The notes under the pieces were generated by a model that was not told the origin of the DNA, did not search any database, and was given only the letters and a program-made list of their open reading frames with translations. The position numbers were made by a program, and so were the translations under genes. This document shows positions 1 to 13,277 of a stretch of 64,000 nucleotides of DNA, piece by piece. Source of the DNA: Anthoceros angustus (lineage: Eukaryota; Plantae; Anthocerotophyta); contig MU008169.1 in assembly GCA_010909165.1 (NCBI GenBank), forward strand, positions 744,001-808,000, in the 5' to 3' direction. How positions within the stretch are numbered: the first letter of the stretch is position 1; each line of letters begins with the position of its first letter.

Positions 1-2330
1 TGCAGCGAAGAACTCCACTCTCATTTCAGCTTTCACATGACCACAGAGACAGCAGACTTGACCACATTCTGAATTTGGCCGACCGGCTTCTGCTGTTGCT
101 CCGTTTCTATAGCTGCCGCTGAGATCACCACGAGCCCAAAGTCGACGTGACTTCAGGTTCCTAGGTCCTTGTAGGTCAGAATCTGAACAGGCTAAGTCAC
201 TCAGTGGGCCTCTTCAGGCTCTGACGTACAAGGGCCTAGGTTGCTGAATATCTTTTATCTTCCTCCAAACTATGCTTATCCTCGAGGATCTTGGCGTTGC
301 TGTCTTCTCTTGGCCTGCAAACATGGCCACGAACTGCCTTCAAACAGAGTGAAGCAGCTCTACAAAAGATGTCAAAGTGAAGCTCACGGCCGCAGGAGAT
401 ACGAATGGACACCAGTGGTACTCACAGCCCGGAGAGGAGCGAAGAACTCCACATTCATTGCAGCTCTCACATGACCACAGAGACAGGTCAAGTTCTGAAT
501 TCCGTTCATAGTCATGTATACAGCCGACCGGCTTTCTGCTGTTGCTCCGTTTCAATAGCTGCAGGCTGACTACAATGCAGGTTCACTGTTGTGAATAGCA
601 CAGCAACGCGGAAATGTGCTTTACAAGGGTACCCATAGAACCGCTAAAGGAAACCAAAGTTGATGTTACCTCTCTCCAGGCGCTTCAGCCAAAAGCCTGT
701 CTCCACAGTTGTGCCATCTCATCTTCCTTGGCCCAGGCCTCTGTGTCTGACATATCTGTGCTCTCTTGACACACAGTGCCTTTCCTCGTCGGGAAGGTCT
801 TCCCTTGGGTGGAGATGTAGTTTCAGGCTCCAAACTTGGACCCTGAACTCGCACTGGGTCTGGAGTATTCGGATCGTAGGTTGGAGATGTAGGCTCAGCC
901 TCCAAGCTTGCAGCCTGGACTCGCACTGGGTATGGAGTCATCGGACCCTTGGTTGGAGTTGTAGTCTCAGCCTCCAACATGGAAGCCTGGACTGTGACTA
1001 GGCCTCGGGCTAAGCCCTTCATTTTTGCCCGAACCGTGGTGTTGGCTACGGCTGTTCCCATTCAAACCTGCAACTCCTTTGAGCGACGGAGGAGGTCTGG
1101 ACCGCGCAGCCACCCGCGATTTTCTCCAAGGATGATGAGTGTAGTGTGAATAGCAGCCCGCCCGCAGAATCTTGAAAACCGAACCTTCCAGAGAGAGCTG
1201 CGACAGTGGACTGGCTACAGCTCCCTTTGTGCTGCCATCAGGAGTCACCTAGTCTGGCCGACTAAGCTTCAAGACATTTCTGACAAGCAGGTTTCTCTTT
1301 ACACGAAGAATGATGATACATATAATCAAATGACGCACAGATGTTCATCCCTGCCCTGGGCACTAGATTCCTACTCTTCTCGTGAAAAATGTGGTGACAT
1401 GAGAGCGTAGCATGTTGGCCCGGTGATAAGGTAACGGTCAAGATCCAATGATCGCCCAGCGAATCCGGGTCCAAGAGCTGTAGCCAATGCCCTTGATTGG
1501 CGGGCAGCCTCTCTCGGCTGGGATCAGGAAGTACCCGGTTTCGCTGAAAAGGAGCCAAGTCATCTGTGACAAGGAAAGGCTCCTCAGCACTGCGGTCAAA
1601 CTGAAGAGCATCATCGAATCTTACCGTCCGCTGAAAGGAAAAATCACCACCGGCAGTCATGACAGGAGTAGCATTCGAGACTTGTTCCTGGGCCTGGTCA
1701 GGGGTTCTGTCCATTGAGGGCTGAGCCGTAGGATCCGGCTCCAGCGATTCTGTCTGTCCAGCCACTGACTGGAGGGCTACAGCTTCCTCTGCGCTGTCAT
1801 CAGGAGGTTCCCTGTTTGGAAGAACAGGCTCCAAGTCATTTGCGACAAGCAAAGGCTCCTGAGCACTGCGGCTAAACTGCAAAGCATCATCGAACCTTAC
1901 CCTCCAATTGACGGAAAACCCACCACCACCGCCAAGAATGTACGGAATAGCATGCTCGTGGACCCGGAAAGCGACTCTGTGCACTGAGGGCTCATAAGTA
2001 CGATCCGCCTCTGGAGGGACAAGGTTCTGAGCACCCAAGCTGACAGGGCTGCCTGGCGGGTTGATGCAGGTTGGAGACATACTTCCAGGTCCAGCAGGAT
2101 GCTCATGACTATGCTCCGGACATGCCATCCCAGAGCTCTGCATTTCGAAGGTGGAAGCAGACGAATCTGAGTCCTTCCCAGGTGCATCCACTCCCACCTG
2201 CGGGACCGCCGACGGCGTCCTCCGTCGAGTCTCTGAGGATGTTGGATGGTCCATACGACGACACTGAGGAGAAGGCGGGATGCCTCCTCAAGCCCAGGCA
2301 GATTGTTTCTCAACGTATTCCCAGATGCTC
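1..2330 (-). pseudogene. Truncated, rearranged N-terminal copy of the CLSY/DRD1-like SNF2 gene
   Basis: ORFs 1262-2254, 666-1061 and 340-555 closely match the N-terminal part of the copy at 15.0-16.4 kb (TPSAVPQ.GVDAPGKDS; KPVGCIHDYERNSE). The RFDDALQF.RSA..P block is internally duplicated, and 1-120 repeats ~425-565. Confidence 0.7.
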
Positions 2331-2389
2331 AACAGCATCCGGGCACCTGCACAAACACATGCACACAGAACAAGACAGAAGGTTCAACC

Positions 2390-2730
2390 TCAGAGTCCCT
2401 ACAACATACAACCAACCAACACCAAGCTACAACACGGAGTTGCTATAACACATCAGTGACAACACAAGTTACCACAACATCCCACTAGATAATCATTACA
2501 ACACACAAGCTAGAACAAGGAGTAGCTGTAATACGGAGTAGCTGTGATAGAGAGTTGCTGTAACACACAAGCTCCACCATCATTTTTTTGTGAGAAAAGC
2601 TCTAACATTGAGTCCTGCAATATACAAGCTAACTTGCTACAACACAAGAATGACCAAGAGTTACTACAACTCTTGTTATATCAACGAGAGACATTACCAG
2701 ATAGAGTAGCTACAACACAGAGTGCCTTTA
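2390..2730. repeat. ACAACA-rich degenerate repeat
   Basis: Recurrent TACAACAC/ACAAG motifs; homologous blocks at ~5740-6020, ~18110-18345 and ~22790-23060. Confidence 0.6.
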
Positions 2731-2805
2731 CAAAAGGGGCGTCTCTCCTCTATAGAAGGGGCTTTGAGAAACCTAAGAAACTAGAGAACATCACGGGTTT
2801 TATAG

Positions 2806-2880
2806 TGTAGGTAGGCCGCCGGAAGTTCTCGTAAAGTGTTTTAGGGTTGGTAGGTGGTAGGGTAGGTAGGCTGCCGAAGC
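2806..2880. repeat. Short TTTAGGG-containing minisatellite
   Basis: gtaggccgccggaagttctcgtaaagtgttttagggttggtagg, the same unit as at 6100 and 18425. Confidence 0.6.
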
Positions 2881-4237
2881 CCTATTCACACTTGCAGAAT
2901 CGAAAAGCATACACCACACTGTATAAATTATAACACCAAGCCTAATTATAACCATTGATGAAAACAACGTGAATTAGAAACTTCAGTTTTGATTTACGGT
3001 AGTTAGGCTTAATTACAACTATCGATAGAAACAGCCTTCATCAAAGTATGATGCTGAGGGTCTTGAATCTTTGTACAAGGAAAAAAATATTTGAGTCACA
3101 TGACATAAAGCCCATCATACCGCAAGAAAAGTCCCATAGATCTCTTTTGAGAAATTTGATGAGCAAGCTATAACAAGCTATAACCTCTTTCCAGACACCT
3201 TGGGTCAGAGTGGTGGCGCTCCAAATAACCTACCTTAGGGTAATGCTGTGGTCTCGTGTTGCTTTCTTCCGAAGAAAATGCAGGTTCGATTTTCGATCAA
3301 TGTGTTCCCGACTAACTTGTTCACGTTTACAGTATGAATAGCAATCTAGAGTTCAATAGAAGATCATGAATCTGGTATGCTGTGAGCGGCCGCCAGCGGT
3401 TGAAAACGATTGATGAAACAAAACGTAGTTCTGATCAGGGCTCTGAGCCTTGCAGATATCAGCCTACGCACGGGGCGAAAGATGTTGGGAGCACCAACTC
3501 CAGCCCTTACCCCAAAGATTCCTATGCATACTCGAATGCACAGCCGGCCGGCCATTCCCTGCACAAACGCTTTGCCAAAAGCATCGGCAAAATGCAACTA
3601 GAGGAGGACGGGGGGAATTCAGCGTGGGCCTGCTGTCGCGCAGCCTACGACGTTTCACTTCACTGGACGACGCGATTCCGGCTTCGCGGCAAACACCCGG
3701 CTCCTAGCGGGACACCCCCGCCGGAGTGCAAGAGTACAGTTTCACGAGTGCCACTTTCCATCAATCTCAGACACGAGAAGGCAGTGATGCACGAAATTTG
3801 GAGGGAACACCACGTCCAGCGCACAATGTGTTCCACCCAATTTTCGATCCAAGATGCAATGCCACGGCCGTGTACAATCTAGTTGTAAAACAGGGACAGT
3901 CATGTGAGCCCACCGCTTGTTCCGATTTCAAGCTTCCAGAGTTATTAGGGAGCTGGTCTGAATGCCCAACGCAGTGCCTAGGACCTCGTCAGCTGGTACC
4001 AAGCTCGGGCTTCACAGTCAGAAACTTGGGCTGAGGTGAAGGCCAGAACTTGCTGGCCACATCTCCCATAATAGCATCCCTCAAGACGTAAAACAAGCAA
4101 GTTGTTCCGGAGTTCCCCTTTGTTTTTAAACCCTCACTTAACCACTGCACCAGAGCGCGCGGCAGCATTACCTTCATCACCACGAGGCTAACGTTGACGT
4201 GACTTGTGTGCGATGCAAAGCCTGTCCACATGCTTCA

Positions 4238-5145
4238 TTACAGCATTGGACTGAAAGAAGTCATCCCACGATTACTTGGATCACTGACTTCTTCATCCCT
4301 CCCTGTTGTCAACAATAGCTCCTGTACGAAGAGATTGATGGACGCCCATTCCTTGGCTACGGCCTTTCGACGATTTTCGATTTCGATTGTGTCGGCCGCA
4401 ACCAGATGACACACAATCACCACCTTCTTGTCCTGTCCCACACGAAAAGCCCTGCTCACCGCTTGACGAGTGACGCTGGGTTAAACTCTGGCTCCAACAG
4501 TATGATCCTGGAGGCTGCAGTAAGGTTTACATCTTCCCCACAAGCACAAGCCTTGATAGAGGCCAGAAGAACCCTCGAAGGGTCGTTCTTCGAGTTGAAT
4601 CTCCTTAGGGTGGCTTTCCCATCAGCAATCAGAACTTTGTCTCCCAAGGCCTAGCTCTTGTGCTTTTGGAGGACGCTCTGGATGTATTGCAGAGGTTGGA
4701 ACATTTTGCTGAAAATAATAAGCTCTTCTCCTGCCTTGTCACAAAGAGATAGGATCTGCATAACGAAATCAGCTTTCACACCCTTACTTGGATCTGAGGC
4801 TGTTCCGTCGACATCAGGAAACTCAGCTGTGTCCCGGTGCTCGTCAGGGCATAGGGACGGGTGAACAGTCACTAGTGTTGTCCCCGAAGTAAGCTTAAAC
4901 TTGTCACTTCTACCACTGCACTTTGACTGCACTTTTGCCACCAGGTCCGCTTGCAAAGGCTGCAGCTTCAGATGAACAACAACCTCGTGTAGTCCTGGAG
5001 GAGAACTCAGTTGATCACCTTCATGGGAGTCTACAAAACAAGTTAGATTCCGCATGTTCAGTATACCCAAATCTCTAGTGTGGTGATCTCCAATCCTCTT
5101 CATAACAGCAGACTTGGACATCCAAAATTTCTTCCCACCGTCCAC
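4238..5145 (-). pseudogene. C-terminal helicase fragment of CLSY/DRD1-like SNF2
   Basis: GVKADFV...LIIFS...RVLLASIKAC..EDVNLTAASRIILLEPEFNP...SRAFRVGQDKKV..HLVAADTIE (helicase motifs IV-VI), broken by stops and frameshifts. Confidence 0.8.
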
Positions 5146-5224
5146 TCAGTAGCATTACCTTCATCACCACAAGGCTAACGTTGACGTGACTTGTGTGCGA
5201 TAGAAAGCCTGTTCACATGCTTCG

Positions 5225-5580
5225 TTAGAGCATTTGACTGAAGAAATCATCCCCACAATTACTTGGATCACTGACTTCTTCATCTCTGTTGTCAACATTA
5301 GCTCCAGTACCGAAGAGATTGTTGAACACCCATTCTTTGGCTACGGCCTTTCGACGATTTTCGATTTTGGCTTTGTCCACCGCAACCAGATGATACACAA
5401 GCACCGCCTTCTCCTGTCCCACACGAAAAGCCCTGCTGCCCGCTTGATCAATGTCGCTTGGGTTAAACTCTGGCTCCAGCACTATGATCCTGGCAACCGC
5501 AATAAGGTTTATATCTTCTTCACAAGCGTTCATGAAGGCTAGAAGAACCCTCGAAGCTTCATTCTTCAAGTTGAATGTCC
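5225..5580 (-). pseudogene. Second tandem C-terminal SNF2 fragment
   Basis: SRVLLAFMNACEEDINLIAVARIIVLEPEFNPS..QAGSRAFRVGQEK; 5150-5580 duplicates 4163-4600. Confidence 0.75.
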
Positions 5581-6019
5581 TTTCCTTTCCCATCAGCAAC
5601 ACCGAGGAGCTGGCTGGAATGCCTCTTCGAGCCCAAGCAGATTGGTTTGAACGTATTCCCAGATGCTCAACACCATCGGGCACCTGCACAAACACATGCC
5701 CATAAAAAAAGACATAAGGTTCAAAGTCACTCCAACATGTAACCAATCAACACAAAGCTACAACCCATAATTGCTATAACACACCAACTACAACACAAGT
5801 TACCACAACATCCCACTACATAATCATTACAAGATATAAGTTACAACAAGGAGTAGTTGTAATAGAGAGCTGCTCCAGCACACAAGGTCCAACATCATTT
5901 TTGGTGGTCCTACAGTACACAACGTGACTTGCTACAATACATGAACAATCAAGAGTTGCTACACAACGCAGAGACGTTACCATACAAAGTAGTAAACAAT
6001 ACAAAGTTCGCGACAACAT

Positions 6020-7900
6020 AGAGTCCCTTTCTGGAAGGGGCGTCCCCTTGCAGAAGGGGCTTGAGAAACATGAGAACTGAAGAACATATCGTATTTTATA
6101 ACATTGGTAGGCCGCTGGAAGTTCTCGGGAAGTGTTTTAGGGTTGGTAGGCGCCGAAAGTTCTCGGGAAGTGTTTTAGGGTTGGTAGGCGCTAGAAGTTC
6201 TCGCGAAGTGTTTTAGGGTTGGTAGGCGCCCATGGTTCCTGAGAAGTGGTTTAGGGTTGGTAGACTGGCCTCAAGTTTTTTGTGAGTTTTTTGTGAATTT
6301 ACGATATAAGGAATGAAAGCAGGACGAAGGTTTTTGGTGGAGATATTTTGTAATCAGTATGGGCTAGGAGATTTTGTAGACTTAGGTGTTTCAAAGTCTC
6401 AACACTCAACACCATTCAACACTCAAGTCTCAACACTCACCATTCAACACTCAAAGTTTCAAAACTTTTAGTGTTGAATGGTAAATGACGATTTATTTGT
6501 TATAGGGTTGATGAAAGGAATCCTTACTTCGACTAATCAAATCTCTCACCTCATGCCTCTACCACTTTGACTTGCCTTCTCACAAGTGAAAGTTTTTTAT
6601 GTAATCTAAATATATTTAGATATCATTATCTAGTTATAATATAATCATATTTTTTTAATATAACTTATTCTTATATAACATATTATCATACTGAATTACC
6701 AATAATGACAAAAAAAAATCTAAGCGATATGCAACTACCAAAACAAATATATCAGTATATGATATATAGATGGTTAACATTTATCACAAAACACTAGTTT
6801 TACGTCTTCTTTTTTTATGGTAATGGGGGACCTTAAATAGGACATATTATTGAATAGGTATGTGGAGATAGGGTGAAACTATCTAGGATAAGACATAAGA
6901 ACCTTGGGATCATAAATCATTTTGATATTCATCGTCACTAATTATCAAGACAATAAGGTTTTGAAGCCCATATGTGAATTACCCCTTTCTCGTAGATGCA
7001 CTAGTATATGTTCAATTTCCTTTCAAGTTTCTTTCATTTGTCTTTCAAGGTTTAAAGTTTCGGTTCTAGAGTTGTCTTCTTTCATGTAGTTATTCTAAAA
7101 TTCGGTAGTAGTTTCTTCTTTCACGTTTCTTTCAATTTTCTTTCTTCATTATTGTAGTTATTTAAATATTCGGCAAGAGTCTTTACTTTAGGCCCGAATG
7201 CTCTATATTGATGGTTCACACATGTTGAACAAAATTTGGAGTCATAATACTTGCACAAGTAATAGAGATCCCAAATATAAATCACCTAAGCACTGGTGAC
7301 ATTGAAGTTTCTTTTTTTAAGCACAAAATAGTTTCTCGGATTGAAGGCTATGTCTGCTAACATTGTGACAACGGACTTGGAGACTAGTTTGGTTGAGCTT
7401 CCGACATATCTTTGAACGCTATGTGCTCTCATCCAATTTATTTAGAGAGCTCATGCCAATGAGGATCTTCTAGTGATGGCATGGGCTTTGTAATTTACAC
7501 TTAGGTATGATTTTACAAAATTTAAGATGCTAGGATCAAGAAAACATTTGAAGTGGACTGGCTTGAAACCACGTAATTGCTGCAACTGCTCTAGGGTTCC
7601 TCAGTATGATGAAGGTCGATCCACTTCAAGCTCTTAAAATTTATGAGTCTATCACAACACAAATATCTCATGCACCCTCAGGTGATTTTGATAACTGATT
7701 AGAAACTAGACCAAACTTTCAATTTTCAATAAAAGTTTTGGGCTATTGTGTACATAAAGCCTAAAAAGCATGACTTGCTGGTATTGATTTGATCTCATGG
7801 TAGAGTGTTGCCTTATCACTAGGTGGATGCAAGTTCGGTTCCCGGCCAGAGTTTTCGCGTTCATGAAGTAGAAAATATTTTACATTTCATATAAGATAAT
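6020..7900. repeat. Segmental duplicate of 18345-20280 (minisatellite + hairpin + AT-rich block)
   Basis: Long runs of near identity with 18345-20280; part of it (~6977-7740) recurs, more diverged, at ~9090-10530. Confidence 0.85.
6100..6262. repeat. ~38-bp tandem repeat containing TTTAGGG
   Basis: About 4 units of ccggaagttctcg(g/c)gaagtgttttagggttggtaggcg. Confidence 0.85.
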
Positions 7901-8309
7901 CTATCTAGTGTGCTCTGAACGGTTGTCAGTTCAGAGCTGCTATAATACATGCAATAGACTATAGGAGGCTGAATGCTCCCGTCCATCACCTGTACCTCAT
8001 AATGCTCATACAATATGCCCCACTAAAACTCCAGCTATGACTTGGCTCTTACATCTCATATTGCTTATACAACACGCACGTAGTTATGCCTCCTAAGATG
8101 TGTTATATGCTGTGCTAGCACAAAGTAGTTCAAACTACTCAAAGAGAGTTGTAAATTATATTGTAATAAAATTACTATAATAAAACTATGACAATTATCG
8201 TGAAACAATTACTACAACGCAACCTAAAATAATTACTACAACACACAACCCACGACAAAGATTTTACATTTTACACAAGCTTGCTACAACACACAATCAT
8301 CTAGGATAG

Positions 8310-8720
8310 ATCCACGAAAGGTACCCAACATTGCAACACAAAGTCCTCACAACATGGGTCGATACGATACAACATGGAATCATTATAACAAAATTAAGAT
8401 TGGCCACAACATAGAGGCTATATAGCGAGAGTAGCGTGTGGCCACAACATAGATACACTAAAACACCCAACTTATTACAACACAAGTCTTAAGTGTGTGC
8501 CCACAACATAGATCCACTAAAACACCCAACTTATTACAACAAAGTCTTGAGGTGGCCACAACATAGTCCCCTAAAACACCCAACTTGTTACAATACAAAG
8601 ATGTTAGAGTGGCCACAACATATATTTGTTGAATACCCATCGTGTTACTACACAAAGTCCTCATAGAGTGGCCACAACATAGATACACCAAAACCCCAAC
8701 TTGTTACAACACAAAGGCTT
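8310..8720. repeat. ~46-48-bp degenerate tandem repeat
   Basis: Repeated gtggccacaacatagat.cactaaaacacccaactt.ttacaacacaaagtc units. Confidence 0.75.
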
Positions 8721-11700
8721 CAAAACATAAGTTGATATGATCGAGATCATAAGGAATCTTTACCACATGAAGAGTTGCCATAACATAGCGCCTAAAACTA
8801 AGAGTCGAGGTAACGCTGCTATGGTGATCTCGATAGGGAGTGGCCTCAAGACAAAAGGCATAACGGTGAAGAGTGGTCCTGACTCACAAGCCATAACGCG
8901 GGAGTGGAAAAGGAAAAGAGTGGTCACAAAGCACAAGCTATAATGGGGAGGGGAATGGAGAGTAAAGAGTGATCACAAAGCACAAGCCATAATGGGGAGT
9001 TGCACAAGGCATAATAGAGAGTGAAGAGTGTGCACAACACACAAGCCATAATAGGGAGTCATCAAAGAATCACACAAGGCATAACAGAGAGTGAATTACC
9101 CCTTTCTCGTAAATGTAAATGCACTAGTATATGTTCAATTTCCTTTCGAGTTTCTTTCAGTCGTCTATTAAGGTTTAAGGTTTCGGTTCTAGAGTTGTCT
9201 TCTTTCATGTAGTCATTCTAAAATTCGGTAGTAATTTCTTTTTTTAAGTTTCCTTCAATTCTCTTTCTTCATTATTATAGTTATTTAAATATTTGGCAAG
9301 AGTCTTTATTTTAGGCCGCAGTGCCTATATTGATGGTTCACGGTAACAAAATTTGGAGTCATAGTACTTCGCCAACTAATCGATATCTAAGCATGGATAT
9401 AAATTAGCTAAAGCACTACAAGTTGACACTAAAGTTTTAACCCATGTTCTTTTTCCAAGCTTCGCTTTCTAGATTTAAAGGGTTGCTCAGTTAATAATGT
9501 GACAAATGAAGACTAGTTTGGTTGAGATTTCGATATATCTTGAACGTTATGAGCTCTCATCTAATTTATTTACAACAAGAACTTATTGTACAAGAGTTCC
9601 AAAAATGAATTTAAGTTGGGTTTCATTAGACAAAGAGAGACAGGGAAGAAAGTCTTCCTCTTGCCCTCTCAACGCAGCATGGGCCACTGGTTTACCTTCG
9701 ATTTTAGGTAGAGCCTAGAGAATGTCATGATGGATCCTTGGTGAATATCACATTGGGTAAGTAAAACAAGACCGTATCGCCTGGACTAACTGAGATTAAC
9801 ATATGTTGAACATGCACTAGGTCTCATCAATTTATTTACAAAGGTCATGTCAATGAGATCTTCTAGTGGCATGAGCTTTGTAAATGAAGGCATGGGAGCT
9901 TTAAGCACATCATAAGACATGTCCCAGGAATCTCAACCAAGTAGATCTCCCATTCTTTTGTCACATTATTCATAAGCACAATATCTAATACTAGGGACTT
10001 GTTTGTTTAGAGATTGAAGAACATGCGATAGAAACTTCAGTTTATGATTTGCAATGTCCCTACTGTAACCATTGATTGAAGTAGCCTTCAAGTAGAGCGT
10101 CAAGGGATCTTGAGTGTTTACGCAAGAAAAATAACAAATTGAGTCACATGATACCAAGCTCACCATTCGAGAGAGAGAACTTAGAGTGTCATATGTCTTT
10201 GTAATTTACAATTTATGATTTAATAAAAATAAAGATACTATGATCAAGAAAGCAATTAGAGTGAGTTGAAACCACATATGCATTGTAACTACTTGTGACA
10301 TGTGAATGGGTTCGAGTTAAAGGAAGGCCGGCCTACTTCAAGCTCTTGAAATTTATGAGCATTATTAGGATAAATATAATATGCAACCTCTTGAAATTGT
10401 GAGTAAGTATACCATAGAACAAATTCAGCATGAAAGCTCTTGAAATTTGTGAGTATATCATAGAACAAATATAGCATGCATTCTTAGAGTGATTTTGATA
10501 ACAAATAAAAACTAGCTATATTTGACTTGAGAAAAAGTTCGGATGGGCGATTGATGAGATGGTGCTCAAGTACAAGTGAATTTACCTGAGAGATGGCGTT
10601 GAGGAAAATGAGCACATTCTTGGCGGGAGAAGCTGCGTGTTACCGTGATTGCAAGGATCAAATTTTGCAGATGCTCGGTCTCCGCGCAGGACCAGAGCTA
10701 AAAACTTTGAAAGGAGATGAAAGAGGCAATGTCCATTCGGCAAGCGGCTATCACATACAGTGGATGAAATGTTCAGCGAGTTTGTAGAGATGTTTCCGTA
10801 TCTTCCATAGAAAAAGATCCAGGAAATTGTCGAGATTCATCATCAAGCCCAATGAGCCCCTTAGGTCGGCGTCGAGATTAAGGCGGTTGGTAAAGGACAC
10901 ACAGTGAAGGCGATGCGGAAGCCGCATAAATCTACATGGCCCCGTAGAGCGGAGGAGGGTGATTGCTAACTTTCTCCACATGCGCATGGTGCAAAACTAT
11001 GAGTTGGAGCGGAGCTTATGAAATGGCGGAGGTCATGAAAGGAGACCGTGACGGTGCATATTGGGAAGAACATAATCTCGTCAAGGGCACCAGCATGCGC
11101 AAATACACAAAAGCTGAAGGACCTCCCATCGTGAATACCAAGGGAATGCTCTGGAGAAATTCACACCGCCAGGGCGTCCGACCCAGCGGTCAGTGGCACC
11201 AAGGCAACGGTAAAGTGCCTGCGATGCAGTGCGCACAAAACCTTTGAATGAGTTGGTGGAGCTAAGGAAAGGAGGTCTGGGGACTGTGCCGGAGGTCACA
11301 TGGAGGACATGTTGGCAAGCTCACCTGATTTAAGCCCAAAAGGAGGGATCTGGGTGACAAAAATAAAACTCGGTGGGTTACACTCGAAAGGCGCTTCTCG
11401 GGTGAGGTTCTGCAAGGCAATGGCAATGAATGCAACACACCAGAGTCGCAAACACACCTTTGGAGGAGTCGGATCAGAAGTACATTGATGACCATGGGTG
11501 GCCTGGTATGAAAGGTGACATTGTCATGGGGAAGTGTCAAAGGGAAAAGGATTAGGGAGAAATCAACTCAAATGCCACGGCCAGAGCGGGTGGAGGATCA
11601 TGAGTCCGGTGAACCCCTGAAGAAAATCGCCCCATGGAGCTCCCTCTGGAAAGGGCAATGGATATGCCCATGGTTAGCTTCGATCCGGGGTCAAGGTTGC

Positions 11701-12576
11701 CTTCAAGCGGGCAATGCACGGATGAAAAGGCATCCGCAAGGTCGACATAGTTGGGCTTACCGACAGTGGTGAACATTTGAAATCAGCTGCAGGAAAAGGG
11801 GCGTCGCCATGGTGGACAATCAAGGTCGAGAAGTCACAGCGATGGTGCCCAGAATGTGTCTTTGGTAGATACGGTGCGGATCCGATCGCTTGGTGCCCGT
11901 GTGCAGAAGGCACTCCAGCTATACGGAGACAAATTGAAGCCATGCAGTGCGATCTCCACGCCTCGGGTACCAAAGAGCAAGTGATGGGATCACTCGGGAT
12001 CCATCCGCTCTGACTCAAGCCAGCAAGGATGCCCGGTCATTGAGGTTGGTATCTAATGCAAGAAATTATGATGTGTTGCTTGGCTGACACCACGGACCGG
12101 CAATGGGAGTAGATCCATTGCACTCGGTGGCATTTTACGGCTGCGCGATGGTGACGGGACTTCTCACATAGCGAATTCCTCGGCATGAGGAGAAATGGTG
12201 AAAAGCAGGCGGTTGTTGGCGGTCACACATCACCCGCAGCTGAAGAGTGTCCAGTACAGTGTGGGAAAAACCCAAGAACCCGATGAGGAAGGACATTGGA
12301 TGATCACGGGACAAGTGCTTGCATGTATGTCAAAACCCGGCGGTTAGTACAGCGTTAGCGAAACGATCCGACAAGAGCGAGCCTGTGAGTGTCTCGTGAC
12401 CATGCCCAAGCGATCTTCCTAATCGGCGTTTCAATGAAATTTTAATGGCGATTTTACACACAATTACCGATAAATTGTTATTTGCACCTGGTAGTCATGT
12501 ATGCGTAAGTGAACCGGTATTTAAACCTCTTTTACGCTGTACTATCTATGATGGTTCTTCCATCCTTAGTGGACAT

Positions 12577-12625
12577 AAATAAAGTTGTTGTTGTTGTATA
12601 TAAAGTTGTTGTTGTTGTTGTTGTA
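12577..12625 (+). repeat. AATAAA followed by (GTT)n tracts, possible non-LTR retroelement 3' tail
   Basis: aaataaagttgttgttgttgtatataaagttgttgttgttgttgttg. Confidence 0.4.
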
Positions 12626-13277
12626 GAACAATGTCCACTAGAACAATGTACACACAATGTCCGGGGTTCGATTCCCGGCCAATGCAACTTGCGTACTCAA
12701 AAGTTCTACAACGTTGCCATTTTATCGATTTCAGATAATAAATCTGGTATCCTGTGTTACTTGCTTCCATAACGCCAGCGATTGAAAGCAGTCGGATCCA
12801 GTGCCTTGCGGATCACAGTTAGCGAGCAACCAGCTGAAAAGAACCCTACGCACAGGACGAAATATGTGGGGGCCTCCTCCTGCAGCAACTCCAGGCATGC
12901 CACGCTATGCATAGCATGCCCAGCCGGCCATTCCATGCACAATGGCCAGCTTGCCAGTGCAGTGCCTGTGAATAGGCTGAGTGCAAGTCAGTCAAATTCA
13001 TGTGAGCTCACCGGTTGTGCTGAGCTCAAGCTTCCCAGAGTTGGTCTGCTTGGCTGCAGTGCCTGTGACCTTTTCATCAGCTGGTACCAAGCTCGGGCAT
13101 CACAGTTAGGGGCTGAGGTGAAGGCTGGAACTAGCTGGCCACATCTGCCGATAGCATCCCTCAAGACGCAATATGTATGACAGCAACAGAGGTTTGGGAG
13201 CTCCCCATTTCTTTCAACCTCAATTTAACCAAAGCCAGAGACCTCAGCAGCATTGCCTTCACCACAGGCTAAAGTTG

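Noticed and set aside
3382-3882. 166-aa ORF as a gene
   Set aside because: Its paralogous blocks at ~21.4-22.1 kb and ~46.1-46.4 kb are shuffled or inverted and do not keep the frame; no domain recognised.
6100-6262. CRISPR array
   Set aside because: Units are contiguous tandem repeats with no unique spacers, there are no cas genes, and the context is eukaryotic. The same applies to the repeats at 8310, 18425 and 23103.
12600-12690. Functional tRNA gene
   Set aside because: Only the T-arm and 3' end are recognisable; there is no D-arm or anticodon arm.
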